DNA of 63,538 bases, the filler included, from Octopus bimaculoides (lineage: Eukaryota), in NCBI RefSeq assembly GCF_001194135.2. It is 5 parts of 5 records of this genome, joined end to end, with 100 filler letters (N's around TTAATTAATTAA, not from the genome) between each part and the next. Parts side by side here need not be neighbours in the genome. Positions count along the whole stretch, not along the records: positions 1 to 28,649 come from NC_068981.1; 4 more parts are not named here. One strand, written 5' to 3'. The notes below the pieces were generated by a model, which ran no database searches, was not told the DNA's origin, and was given only the letters and a program-made list of their open reading frames with translations. Position numbers and translations under genes: made by a program. Below, piece by piece: positions 1 through 13,487 of the stretch. Position 1 is the stretch's first letter. Every line of letters starts with the position of its first letter.

Positions 1-131
1 TCTCTCTTTACCTTTCTCTCTCACAATCTATTTCTCTTTGAACAACAACAACAATAATGTCATTATCATGAAAGTGTTTTTTCAAAGCACATGTTGCATT
101 TTATCTACGTTGAAAAACATACAGAAACGCG

Positions 132-170
<39 letters not shown>

Positions 171-400
171 GCACACACACACACTCACGCACACACAAAC
201 ACACACGCACACACACAAGCGCACGCACAGAAATACACGCAAATAAACATTCAATACTGTTACATAGCGACAGTCTTCTTTTAAGCTGTGTCTTGTTGCA
301 TAGTGTCTAAGCTGAAAGACATACAGAAACACACAGAAAAACACACAGTCACACATAGACACACACTTACACACACAAACAAACAAACAAACAACCATAA
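1..400. repeat. Compound microsatellite region (TC, AAC, GC, AC)
   Basis: Visible simple repeats; they explain the HT/CV-rich ORFs at 38-404. Confidence 0.95.
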
Positions 401-556
401 ACATATTTATATTTTATGATGAGTCCTTTCTTTGAAACTGTTTTGTTGTGTTGAAACTTGCACTTAAAATTCTTACGTCTTTAATCAAAATTTGTTCGTC
501 ACTACGGTGACAACATTGCTCTTCTGTCTGTCTGGCTGTTGTGTCTGTCAGTCAAC

Positions 557-557
557 A

Positions 558-603
<46 letters not shown>

Positions 604-620
604 TTATCTATCTATCTATC
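557..620. repeat. (TATC)n microsatellite
   Basis: Near-perfect tetranucleotide array. Confidence 0.97.
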
Positions 621-707
621 TAAAGATAGTATAGGGTAGCAAAATTTTAGAAATTTTTCTACCAGTGGCCTAGCATGTATAAAAAGTCAATAGACAACAT
701 ATTTTCC

Positions 708-1247
708 ATATAAAATTAGTGTACATTTAAACACAAAATGAGGTGACCCTTAACAGGTCGCCTTACATCCTAGAAGGAACAGTGAAAAGTCCAAAACCAC
801 AGTTAAGAGCAATTTCGAAGGAAATAAAAAATAAAAATACCATTTTTTTACAGCCAGACCTAGGTTTTGAACTTTAATTAGCAAATAAGATAATTTGCTA
901 GGAGAAGTTCTCATCAGTGGGTACGCCAGACATTAACATATAATTTAGAGACAGAATAACACGTGGATTTGAGAAATTATACTATATATTGATGAGACAC
1001 TTTTTATTCTGTCTCTTAAATTATATGTTAATGTTTGGCGTGCTCACTGATGAGAACTTCGCCAAGAATTTATTTGATTTGCTAATGAAAGTTCGAATCC
1101 TAGGCATGGATGTAAATTATGTTTTTATTTTTCATTCCCTTCCAAATTGCTCTTATCAGTGGTTTTGGACTTTTGACTGTTCCTTCTAGCATGTAAGGCA
1201 ACCTGTTAAGGATCACCTCTTTTTGCGTTTCTACACTAATTTTATAT
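708..1247. repeat. Long diverged inverted repeat (foldback/MITE-like), arms about 250 bp, loop about 45 bp
   Basis: 708-959 aligns with the reverse complement of 1004-1247 over its whole length; the outer 16 bp (ATATAAAATTAGTGTA/TACACTAATTTTATAT) are a perfect match. Confidence 0.9.
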
Positions 1248-2881
1248 CTATCTATCTGTCTATCTGTCACACACACACACTCACTCTCCTTCTCTCTCTT
1301 TCACTTTCTCCCTCTTTCTCTTTCTCTCCCTCTCTCTTTCTATTTCTCTCTCTCACTCTCTTTCACTTTTACGCTGTATTTCTCTCTCAGCAACAACTAT
1401 TCTCCTCCACTTCATCTAAAAATCAAAGGAGATCTGACATTATTGGGAATTATAAACTCTCAGTTCTTCTCAAAGCAACCTTCTACAGCATGACTTATCC
1501 TCACTGTTCTATAGACTCCACAGAAGACAAAAGAAGCGGTGAATTTGGGGAAGTACGTCAGCCCGCGTTCCCAAAATTTAAACTAAGCCGTAGAAAGGAA
1601 AGTTCTATAATTACATTATACAATAGAACTTTTACAAATTCGAAACATTAGATTCTAAATAAGAGAGAATTAGCTAAGATATCTCAAGAGTGTTCTAAAG
1701 TGATTACAGAAGGGCTTCCTTGTACGAGTTGCCCTCAACAAAACTAGATCATACTTTTCGTATGAGTGGCCTCTTGCTTCAAAGATGGGAAATGTAATAA
1801 AGTCAGTGTTGGTTCATCCCAAGAGAATGCAATCTTTAAATATATAACAAATAACATAGAAAAAAACTATAACAATACATATGTAATTACAGTGAAAAAC
1901 GAAGAGGAAAAATGATAGAAGATATGATATAGGAAACATTGTTAGAGAGCACAACATATAAGTATAACGAATATTTATAAATGTAAATGTATACCAAAGG
2001 GTATGTGTATGTGCGTGTGGGTGTATACGTATACATACTGGTATATATATATATATATATATATNNNNNNNNNNNNNNNNNNNNNNNNNNNNNNNNNNNN
2101 NNNNNNNNNNNNNNNNNNNNNNNNNNNNNNNNNNNNNNNNNNNNNNNNNNNNNNNNNNNNNNNNNNNNNNNNNNNNNNNNNNNNNNNNNNNNNNNNNNNN
2201 NNNNNNNNNNNNNNNNNNNNNNNNNNNNNNNNNNNNNNNNNNNNNNNNNNNNNNNNNNNNNNNNNNNNNNNNNNNNNNNNNNNNNNNNNNNNNNNNNNNN
2301 NNNNNNNNNNNNNNNNNNNNNNNNNNNNNNNNNNNNNNNNNNNNNNNNNNNNNNNNNNNNNNNNNNNNNNNNNNNNNNNNNNNNNNNNNNNNNNNNNNNN
2401 NNNNNNNNNNNNNNNNNNNNNNNNNNNNNNNNNNNNNNNNNNNNNNNNNNNNNNNNNNNNNNNNNNNNNNNNNNNNNNNNNNNNNNNNNNNNNNNNNNNN
2501 NNNNNNNNNNNNNNNNNNNNNNNNNNNNNNNNNNNNNNNNNNNNNNNNNNNNNNNNNNNNNNNNNNNNNNNNNNNNNNNNNNNNNNNNNNNNNNNNNNNN
2601 NNNNNNNNNNNNNNNNNNNNNNNNNNNNNNNNNNNNNNNNNNNNNNNNNNNNNNNNNNNNNNNNNNNNNNNNNNNNNNNNNNNNNNNNNNNNNNNNNNNN
2701 NNNNNNNNNNNNNNNNNNNNNNNNNNNNNNNNNNNNNNNNNNNNNNNNNNNNNNNNNNNNNNNNNNNNNNNNNNNNNNNNNNNNNNNNNNNNNNNNNNNN
2801 NNNNNNNNNNNNNNNNNNNNNNNNNNNNNNNNNNNNNNNNNNNNNNNNNNNNNNNNNNNNNNNNNNNNNNNNNNNNNNNNN

Positions 2882-2914
<33 letters not shown>

Positions 2915-3077
2915 TTATACATATGTATATACGTATGTAGGTATGCATATAAACTAATACTACTGAATATATAGATATACGAAAACAAATTTTAATCATT
3001 GCAGGGGAATTTTCTGTAGAGTGCTAGTGACTTCGGCAAATAAAAGGAAGTAGGACGTCTGTAGTTTTACACACATC

Positions 3078-3121
<44 letters not shown>

Positions 3122-5057
3122 CATACATACATACATATGTATAAATACATTTGCACATATGTACATATATATGTGTATATATATATATATATATATGTGT
3201 GTATATATATATATATATANNNNNNNNNNNNNNNNNNNNNNNNNNNNNNNNNNNNNNNNNNNNNNNNNNNNNNNNNNNNNNNNNNNNNNNNNNNNNNNNN
3301 NNNNNNNNNNNNNNNNNNNNNNNNNNNNNNNNNNNNNNNNNNNNNNNNNNNNNNNNNNNNNNNNNNNNNNNNNNNNNNNNNNNNNNNNNNNNNNNNNNNN
3401 NNNNNNNNNNNNNNNNNNNNNNNNNNNNNNNNNNNNNNNNNNNNNNNNNNNNNNNNNNNNNNNNNNNNNNNNNNNNNNNNNNNNNNNNNNNNNNNNNNNN
3501 NNNNNNNNNNNNNNNNNNNNNNNNNNNNNNNNNNNNNNNNNNNNNNNNNNNNNNNNNNNNNNNNNNNNNNNNNNNNNNNNNNNNNNNNNNNNNNNNNNNN
3601 NNNNNNNNNNNNNNNNNNNNNNNNNNNNNNNNNNNNNNNNNNNNNNNNNNNNNNNNNNNNNNNNNNNNNNNNNNNNNNNNNNNNNNNNNNNNNNNNNNNN
3701 NNNNNNNNNNNNNNNNNNNNNNNNNNNNNNNNNNNNNNNNNNNNNNNNNNNNNNNNNNNNNNNNNNNNNNNNNNNNNNNNNNNNNNNNNNNNNNNNNNNN
3801 NNNNTATTTACGTGTATATGCACGCTCACACACATACGCAGCGCACTCAGACGCGTATAAACATACATTAGCTTCTGTTTTTTCTCTTCTTTGCTTCTAC
3901 CGCCAATGTTGGCATAATATAATCCTTTTAATGAACTATCATTAATAACTTCCAACTGCGCCAGCTTTTAAACGGAAATGGTTGCAAATTCCCTGAATCC
4001 CCAAATGCTCCGATTTTTGCCTATACAACAATCCAAACACATTAACACCAAGGATTATATGCTACTTTTATTTCAACATTTACTCACCAGGTGTCTCTTG
4101 ACTTTTCCGGTTCTTAACACGGAATGAATCTCCGAGTTGTTCTAAGAAAAGTTGGAAAAAATACGGGTGAGAGAAAAAAAATGAAAATAAAAATATATAC
4201 GTATAAAATATGATAAAAATGTATTTAAAACAGAGGATTCGGAAATATCGAAGTAGAATAATAGAAAAAATTATGAATTTAAAAGTATTGGAGATAAAAT
4301 TATAACTAGTAAAAATTTATGTAAAATATGTATAATATAATAACCATGCATTTAAAACAGAAGATTGTGAAATATACTTTGAGAATATTGTAAAAAAAAA
4401 ATATAGGTAAAATATACCTAAATATAATTCAAAAATATATTTCCGAAAAAATGGAGAGGAAGAGAAACAGAGATGAGAAGAAAGAAGCAGATGGAAAGGC
4501 AGAAAGTGAGTGAGAAAATGGAGAAAGAATGAAAGAGTATAGTTATACAGGAAAAACAAACTGAATGTCTAGCGTGCCATCTGAGAAATATTGTATAGAA
4601 AGCTGCGAGTGTTGAGAAAAATGCTTAAGAGAATAAAGCAGCACTTGAACACATTACCAACAGCATAAGCAACTACAACCAACAATATTTTAACCCAAAT
4701 AAAGAAAAATGGTAAAAAGAACAAGCAGAAAATCAACGACAACATGAGCAATAATACGAAGAATGGTGAAAATCAAATTTGAAATAGACGAGTTAACACT
4801 AACGAGGCTTGGAAAGTATGTCGAAACTTAGAATGTCTTATTATGGATGCATACATACATACATACACATTCAAACACACAGGCATGACTACATACACAC
4901 ACATACATACATACATGCATACATATTATATATTTTACTGTAATACTAGCATAGTACCCGACAAACTTGACGTGGTTTAGTTTTACATGCTTTCAACACT
5001 TCTTAATGTTTTTGCTTGAAATCGTAATGCATTTCCTATGCGCATTTCATTTATCCT

Positions 5058-5685
5058 TAGTGGTAAGTAGCTTGCATACCAACCACATGGTTCCGGGTTC
5101 AGTCCCACTGCGTGGTACCTTGGGCAAGTGTCTTCTACTATAGCCTCGGACCGACCAAAGCCTTGTGAATGGATTTGGTAGACGGAAACTGAAAGAAGCC
5201 CGTTGTATATATGTATATANNNNNNNNNNNNNNNNNNNNNNNNNNNNNNNNNNNNNNNNNNNNNNNNNNNNNNNNNNNNNNNNNNNNNNNNNNNNNNNNN
5301 NNNNNNNNNNNNNNNNNNNNNNNNNNNNNNNNNNNNNNNNNNNNNNNNNNNNNNNNNNNNNNNNNNNNNNNNNNNNNNNNNNNNNNNNNNNNNNNNNNNN
5401 NNNNNNNNNNNNNNNNNNNNNNNNNNNNNNNNNNNNNNNNGTGTGTGTGTGTGTGTTTGTGTGTCTGTGTTTGCGTGTCTGTGTTTGTCCCCCTACCATC
5501 GCTTGACAACCGATGCTGGTGCATTTACGTCCCCGTAACATAGCAGTTCGGCAAAAAGAGACCGATAGAATAAGTACTAGGCTTACAAAGAATAAGTCCT
5601 GAGGTCGATTTTCTCGACTAAAGGCGGTGCTCCAGCATGGGCGCAGTCAAATGACTGAAACAAGTAAAAGAATAAAAGTAAAAGA
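5058..5685 (+). mobile_element. tRNA-derived CORE-type SINE (family B, octopus OR2-like), near full length, internal microsatellite and gap
   Basis: Pol III-like head (GTGGTAAG...GGTTCAGTCCC), CORE-like CCTTGGGCAAGTGTCTT, internal (TA)n..(GT)n, 3' tail GGCGGTGCTCCAGCATGG..GACTGAAAC plus A-rich repeats; homologous copies at 32785, 35128, 44803, 47061. Confidence 0.85.
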
Positions 5686-5892
5686 GCATATCTACTGACA
5701 CTATCATTATTTTCGCCGACTAATAGTACATTTGTTTTTGTTTTTCTTCATCGATTTATATATACATATATCCTCCTTTCAAATTCTTTACTTCTCTTCA
5801 TCCCCAGAATCTCCTTTATGTAATACAATAAATAATTTTGTTTAATATTTGAGAGAATTTAAACATCAGGAAAATTTGTTGGTGCATAGATA

Positions 5893-6126
5893 TTATTTTT
5901 ATTGCCCACAGGGGGCTAAACATGGAGGGGACAAACATGTACAGACAAAGGGATTAAGTCGATTACATCGACTCCAGTGCGTAACTGGTACTTATTTAAT
6001 CGACCTCGAAAGGATAAAACGCTAAGCCAACCTCGTCGGAAATTGGACTTAGAACGTAACAGCAGACGAAATACCGCTGAGAATTTATGTCCCGGCACGC
6101 TAACGTTTCTGCCAGCTCACCGCCTT
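5893..6126 (-). mobile_element. tRNA-derived SINE family A (A1 tail)
   Basis: Homologous to 20001-20208; degenerate A and B boxes; central CTTTCATCCTTTCGGGGTCGAT-like domain. Confidence 0.9.
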
Positions 6127-7404
6127 GTCTCCTATAAGTATTATATTGCTATTATTGGTCTTTCATTTTTATTTTTAATGCCCTACTTGTTATTTCAACC
6201 ACGTTGTAAAGTGTTTAGTTAACTTGACCCGGGTTTCACAAAATCTATGATACATCTTTCATTGATTACAAATTTATCACGTTAGGGGTGTCTTGGATAA
6301 TATTAGCTAACGTGTCATTTTATAGGTAAGATGCAGTCTTTTGTCGTTCCTGATGTTGTTACTGCCGTATTCTTCTTGTTATTTTTGACACTCATCAGCT
6401 TCGGAGAGCAACTAAAACCATTGCATTTGTGATCATTCTTTTTTTTTTTTTTTTTTNNNNNNNNNNNNNNNNNNNNNNNNNNNNNNNNNGCTTATGCTTC
6501 GTCAATTTTTTTTTTTAATATGGATCTGGTTATGGTAGGTTACAACGACCTTCAAGTCTTACAAAGTGATAAGATGTTAAAATGTTGAACAGCCGGTAAT
6601 TAGATATTTTTGCCTGTATGTTATAATAAACATAATACTTTTTTCTTCTATTAAGTAGGTACAATGTCTCCCTCCGGAATATTACTAATCAGTGTACAAG
6701 TACATGTATATTACTTATAATTAGATATATCACGTGTTTTGTGTAGTATAAATCCACTGTAAGATATTCGTATAATGTATTTGTGGTTATTTAGATCAGT
6801 ACTTGTCAAATATTTTTTTTTTTACCAATAGATCCCTCTGATTCCTATTTTATTCTGGTTGACCCCCGTAGCCATTCAATATTTAAAAGAAAGTTTTCTA
6901 GATGCATCTTTCAAAATACCCCTCCCACTACTTTCGTTTGAACTTTCACTTGTTTGCATAGAACTCTCTGAGAGAACATGTTTCAGTGGCCGGAAACATG
7001 TTGGATTATGTAAAACATTCGAAAAAGAAACCTAGTTGTTTCTTGCAATAAAAACGTCGAAAGCCATTTTTTTTCTTTTTTGTGGACCCTTAAAATACTG
7101 CTGTGGATCCCTAATTTACTATTTTGCTTGCGCGGACCACTACCACCACCACCACCACCACCACCACCACCAAAATGTCTTATAGGACCCTTCTTGAGAG
7201 CCACTGAATTGGATTATCAGGGGTCGAAGTATGTTATATCCAATAGTGTGATAAAATGTTCAACGTTTGCCGTGAGTCTGTCTAATTGTAAATATTTATA
7301 CCATCAGTTACAAATATGTAAGTACCGTAGTCCCTGTATTATTAATAATTGTTTCATTGGCCACATTTATTTTGTGAAAGGTTTGCTATCGATGTATGGA
7401 CGTT

Positions 7405-7520
7405 GCTATGGCTGAGCATTTCAGAAGTTTTCTTCGTAACCACGAGATCCTGGGTTCGATCCCTGTGTGTGACATCTTGGGAAAGTGTTTCCTGCCAAAG
7501 CCTTGAAGCATACTAACCTT
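7405..7520 (+). mobile_element. Degenerate CORE-type SINE head
   Basis: GGGTTCGATCCC B box followed by CATCTTGGGAAAGTGTTTC (CORE-like). Confidence 0.5.
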
Positions 7521-7591
7521 TACGTCATTTACATTTGTAAGAGTACAAGTAATTAACATACGTTTATATTCTAAGCAGAGCTTTAGACCTG

Positions 7592-7672
7592 TTATTATTA
7601 TCATTATTCAGGTCACTCGGAATCTTGGGGTTAGTAATCCGCCGTCTTAACCACTATGCCATATGCCCGTGG
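7592..7672 (-). other. tRNA-like module (D) with (TAA)n tail; B box deleted
   Basis: Reverse complement matches 31478-31580; 15-nt deletion between two AGT microhomologies removes the B box; lies about 26 bp after the PLE ORF end. Confidence 0.8.
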
Positions 7673-7697
7673 GCAATTATGGAGTGAATTTTAGGGC

Positions 7698-8150
7698 TTA
7701 TAAATCTAATATTTTCCTATCCTCCCTTAAAACTGGTTATTATATTCTATTCATATCTGCACTCGGCCTGCTTAGGAGATTGTTGTGTCCTAGCATATGT
7801 GCTGCTTCTTTTAGCTTTCGTATTTTCCAGTGGTGTTCTCTGTCTATTATTTTAACTTCAACATGCAGATGGTCTCCATTTTTCCCATACATGATCAGCT
7901 ATACGCGATCTATCAATACGCGATCTATCAAGTCACAGCTTTGCGATCTTCCTCTACCTCTTGAGGGGGCGACATGTTTCGCCTTTGCATAACCTACCAC
8001 AACTGTATGGGATGGAGTACTCGCAGTCTTTGGTCATATTCTCTTCTATTGGTGGGTTTACTCGAAGGAGACATTTGCGAAGTGTTGTATTACTCTTGAA
8101 TACTGTCCTGATATCATATGGGCCGCATATCTTTTGCATCTTTTTTTTTT
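7698..8150 (-). pseudogene. Penelope-like element C-terminal GIY-YIG endonuclease remnant (Penelope/Poseidon-like)
   Basis: Translates as IRTVFKSNTTLRKCLLRV..CEYSIPYSCGRLCKGETCRPLK..EEDRKAV..IADHVW..EVKIIDREHHWKIRKLKEAAHMLGHNNLLSRPSADMNRI, with frameshifts and stops; 5' part lost in the gap. Confidence 0.88.
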
Positions 8151-10292
8151 NNNNNNNNNNNNNNNNNNNNNNNNNNNNNNNNNNNNNNNNNNNNNNNNNN
8201 NNNNNNNNNNNNNNNNNNNNNNNNNNNNNNNNNNNNNNNNNNNNNNNNNNNNNNNNNNNNNNNNNNNNNNNNNNNNNNNNNNNNNNNNNNNNNNNNNNNN
8301 NNNNNNNNNNNNNNNNNNNNNNNNNNNNNNNNNNNNNNNNNNNNNNNNNNNNNNNNNNNNNNNNNNNNNNNNNNNNNNNNNNNNNNNNNNNNNNNNNNNN
8401 NNNNNNNNNNNNNNNNNNNNNNNNNNNNNNNNNNNNNNNNNNNNNNNNNNNNNNNNNNNNNNNNNNNNNNNNNNNNNNNNNNNNNNNNNNNNNNNNNNNN
8501 NNNNNNNNNNNNNNNNNNNNTATATATATATATTGTGCTGATATGAGAAGAGAATATATGTTTATCACGTTAGTTGACATACCCTTTGCAATTTACGTTA
8601 GCTATATAATCGGCGCTACATCATCCCTCACACATATCATATATAATGAATACACATGCATACATACATACATACATACATACATACATACATAGACACA
8701 CACATATGCATAAACATTCATAAATGAAATTGTGGTGCAACGTATTGCATACACTTCATTTCAGAACATTTCATCGCAGGTTAAAACACCAGCCTCTGCT
8801 ATAAATGGCAAATATTTTTATTATGTAATCACACACAAGAAATGTATTCGGCAAGTTTCACTCTTTTCAAGATTCTCCTCGAATCCGAATCTTTTTCTGC
8901 ACATAAAGAACATAGACGGAAAGAGTTCACGTTTTTATAAATTCCTTTCACAGCTAAGGCGTTCCAAAATATAAATAAATTTCATCCACTATAGTATAAT
9001 TCTTTACTGCTTGACACATAACAGCTGAATATTCTTTACCATCGATTTAGGAAGGAAATTGCATACATGTACACTGTTAAGTGAAGATAAACAAACTGTG
9101 AAACTTTCCGTGTGAAGTTACTCTTCTTCATGCACGTGAAACAGAAAGAAGGTGGAGAACAGAGAAAGTATGTTTACATTCGTGCATTTCTTGCAGCCGA
9201 GGATTTCTCATATTTGAATATATTTCAGTCCTTCCATATAGTGATTTATATAAATGTATGTGTTGGTACGAGTGTATACGTAAGAGTGCGCATGTACGAA
9301 TGTCTGCGCATATGTGCGTTTGTTTTTGCATGTATTAAAGGAAGAATATTTTGAATCGAATATATTTCATGTATTGAGAAGATGCATTACACCATTTAGT
9401 ATTAAGTTGTCATTTTTTTGCTACAAGAAGCTAAGGGTATAAGTAATTAATATATGATTATATTCAAAGCAGAGCTTTAGACCTGGAAAGTTGAACGATT
9501 AACTACTCTTATATACTTTCTTTTGGAAAGACGAATAGTTCTCAGAACATTATTAATATAATTGTTCATATACATATATATTATACGTGCATATCCATAT
9601 GTGCATGTGTGTTTGTCAGTACATACACTTACAAAATACACACGCATACATACATACATACATAAACACGTGTTGGTATGCATAAATATAGATTATCTCC
9701 TAATAAATAATATGATGAATTTATACATCTTTCCTATAAATGACACAGTTTCAATAATGAAGTTACGGAAAAAAACCCAGAAAAATCATTTAATCATAGA
9801 TATTACATACTTATCACGTAATATATTTCGTGTATAAATTTAATTTTATAACTTTGTATAGATTTTTAATGAGTATATGTTTTTATGAATTATTTGTATA
9901 TGCATTAACCGTGCTCAAGTGAGCGTTTTTGCTTGTGTATATGCGTTTGTATACAGTGAAAATTACTTTGCTATTATCCTTCCGATATTTTCCCCCCAGA
10001 AAATAATTATTCTCATTGGATGTTCAGCATGGTATTTGGGATTCCTCTCCTTAACTTGACGAAATTCTTTCGCGCTTTCAATGCTTAGCGTAACTACCTA
10101 ATTGATTTGTCTCAAAGTGGTAACACAAAATTTATATATAACTCCGCATATAACTATGTTTATGTGTATGTCATGTGTGGGAGTATATATATATGTATGT
10201 ATATATGTATATATATATATATACACACACACAAACACAAACGCACACATATATATTTACGTATATAAGTATATGTATATATATGAATAATC

Positions 10293-10340
<48 letters not shown>

Positions 10341-10404
10341 ATACATACATACATATATGAACGTAGGTGTGCTTGCTTCGTGTATGCATGTATGTGTATA
10401 TATG

Positions 10405-10438
<34 letters not shown>

Positions 10439-10837
10439 TGCGGTTTCGTTCATGGGAAAGTAACTATATGATTTCTACAAACTACACACATTCAATTTCC
10501 TTTTCAACCACCTCATTCTGAATCAGTTTTCCAAAAACGTATTAAAATGCATGTTAAATTAATAATGACATCGCCAAATTCATATTGAAATATCATACGT
10601 ATTTAATAACTTATAATTATTAAGTAACACCATACATTATAATAAAAGTGAATGCAGCATAAAAAATCTGCACAAATTACATTAACACTCATGTTTAGAA
10701 AAATATCTTAATTTAAACAGTTGAAAAGCATCTAATAGATCTAAATTTGCTGATTAACTTGCAATGCTTGACCAGCGCTGTGAATCAGTTATGTATTTAG
10801 AAAAGAAATGTTACCCCCACCCCCAAATACATACACG

Positions 10838-10895
<58 letters not shown>

Positions 10896-11102
10896 TGCAC
10901 GCGTGTGTGGATGTGTATCTGTTTATACGTGTGTGTGCGTGCTTGTGAGTATAATATAACTTTCCACTTTCTCACTACTTTGTCATCTTTATCTTAAAAA
11001 CATTGAACTAAACGTTTTATATANNNNNNNNNNNNNNNNNNNNNNNNNNNNNNNNNNNNNNNNNNNNNNNNNNNNNNNNNNNNNNNNNNNNNNNNNNNNN
11101 NN

Positions 11103-11134
<32 letters not shown>

Positions 11135-13436
11135 AGAGAGATTGTGAGTTAGATAGAGAATGGGGAGAGACAGAAACAGGCAGACAAACAAGCAAAGTGA
11201 CTGACAGAAAGATAGACAGCCAGACGGATAGATAAACACCCATTAAGTACTTGAGGCAGATAACACTTCTCACTTACAATCTTTTATTACATTAATACTA
11301 CATCACAATTTTTCTTTAACTGTACAAAGCGTACGTAAATTTAAATGGAGTCTTTGAAAGAGTGTATTGAGGAGTGATGAGCATTATTGCCTAGAATGTT
11401 GCAAAAATGAATTGAAAGAAGCAGTGATAGATATTATAGAGACTTATGAAATAAATTACTATGCAGATAGACTGATATATGTTTTTGAATCTCTAATATG
11501 TGTTTCCTATGGTATAATTATTTTACATTCAACACACCATCTCAGAGCAAATTACTTCCCAGGCAAGAACTTCTCTGATATGGAATAATATATCGTTAGC
11601 ATATAGCAAAATAAAATTTTTGTTGTATGTTTAAAACTCTCTCTACTTTCGTATGTTGGCTACATTGATTATTCAGGCACAAGATCAGCAGATGTAACCG
11701 TCCGTGGTTGGTGGTTTACTTCGACGCAAGTGCTTGATTGATACTATATTTTATCATTCCATGAGAAATTAAAATATTGACCAAAACAGGAACGAGAAAA
11801 CTGATCGTAAAACACCGGGGGGAAAACAGTGAGGCCAGACCTAACGAATCTACCTGCTCGGTACTTTCAAATAAGAATTCATATCATATACTGTTTTATG
11901 ATGAGGGCCAAAAGGACCAAAATCCTTTGGTACTTTCAAAGCTACTTGTAATATGTTCAGATTCGTCAAGTTCCAGTTTGACGATTCTTACGTACAACTA
12001 TACTTAAAATAAACATGAATGCACGTATGAGTGCTTGTGCATGTGTGTATGTTTGCATGTATGTATGCGTTTCTGTGTGTCTTTGTCTGCAGCTTCAGTA
12101 TTGTTAAATGATTAAAAAGTTCATCTCACAAACACGAGATCCCGGATTAGATCTAACTTCATACCATTTTAGATAGGTGTTATTTTCTATTAATTCGGAT
12201 CGAATGTGAGATGGAGCCTCTAATCCTATATACTTATAATTCAAAAGGTTTATCTTTGTCCCACACTGTGTCACGCTCTTTCTATCTGCTACATATCTCT
12301 ATCGAATATTTAGCTAGTTACTTGCTAATTCAGAAGAGGTCATTCATTTAACCAAACAACAGATTGTGTATCATAAACGACGAAGAACCACAATCACCAC
12401 CAAACATGTATACACACATACACACGCACGCACGCGCACAGACACAAACACACACACATTGTGCCTATGTATATATATATATATATATATGATTAATAAA
12501 TTCAAAAAGGGATAAAACTCTTTTACAAGAATTTCATCAAGAAGCCAGAGTGTAAAAAAATTCATACGGGAAATTTCTATTCCCAAGAATATAATTATAC
12601 GTTTACATTTATATAAGGGGCATAACTACAGAATAATAATGCCACACACTGGACTTCTCAAAATAAAACNNNNNNNNNNNNNNNNNNNNNNNNNNNNNNN
12701 NNNNNNNNNNNNNNNNNNNNNNNNNNNNNNNNNNNNNNNNNNNNNNNNNNNNNNNNNNNNNNNNNNNNNNNNNNNNNNNNNNNNNNNNNNNNNNNNNNNN
12801 NNNNNNNNNNNNNNNNNNNNNNNNNNNNNNNNNNNNNNNNNNNNNNNNNNNNNNNNNNNNNNNNNNNNNNNNNNNNNNNNNNNNNNNNNNNNNNNNNNNN
12901 NNNNNNNNNNNNNNNNNNNNNNNNNNNNNNNNNNNNNNNNNNNNNNNNNNNNNNNNNNNNNNNNNNNNNNNNNNNNNNNNNNNNNNNNNNNNNNNNNNNN
13001 NNNNNNNNNNNNNNNNNNNNNNNNNNNNNNNNNNNNNNNNNNNNNNNNNNNNNNNNNNNNNNNNNNNNNNNNNNNNNNNNNNNNNNNNNNNNNNNNNNNN
13101 NNNNNNNNNNNNNNNNNNNNNNNNNNNNNNNNNNNNNNNNNNNNNNNNNNNNNNNNNNNNNNNNNNNNNNNNNNNNNNNNNNNNNNNNNNNNNNNNNNNN
13201 NNNNNNNNNNNNNNNNNNNNNNNNNNNNNNNNNNNNNNNNNNNNNNNNNNNNNNNNNNNNNNNNNNNNNNNNNNNNNNNNNNNNNNNNNNNNNNNNNNNN
13301 NNNNNNNNNNNNNNNNNNNNNNNNNNNNNNNNNNNNNNNNNNNNNNNNNNNNNNNNNNNNNNNNNNNNNNNNNNNNNNNNNNNNNNNNNNNNNNNNNNNN
13401 NNNNNNNNNNNNNNNNNNNNNNNNNNNNNNNNNNNN

Positions 13437-13471
<35 letters not shown>

Positions 13472-13487
13472 TTATATTTATATATAT

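Noticed and set aside
4946-4985. Possible Helitron 3' end on the minus strand (CCACG..GTCGGG..GCTAG)
   Set aside because: Too short, and no matching 5' end was found
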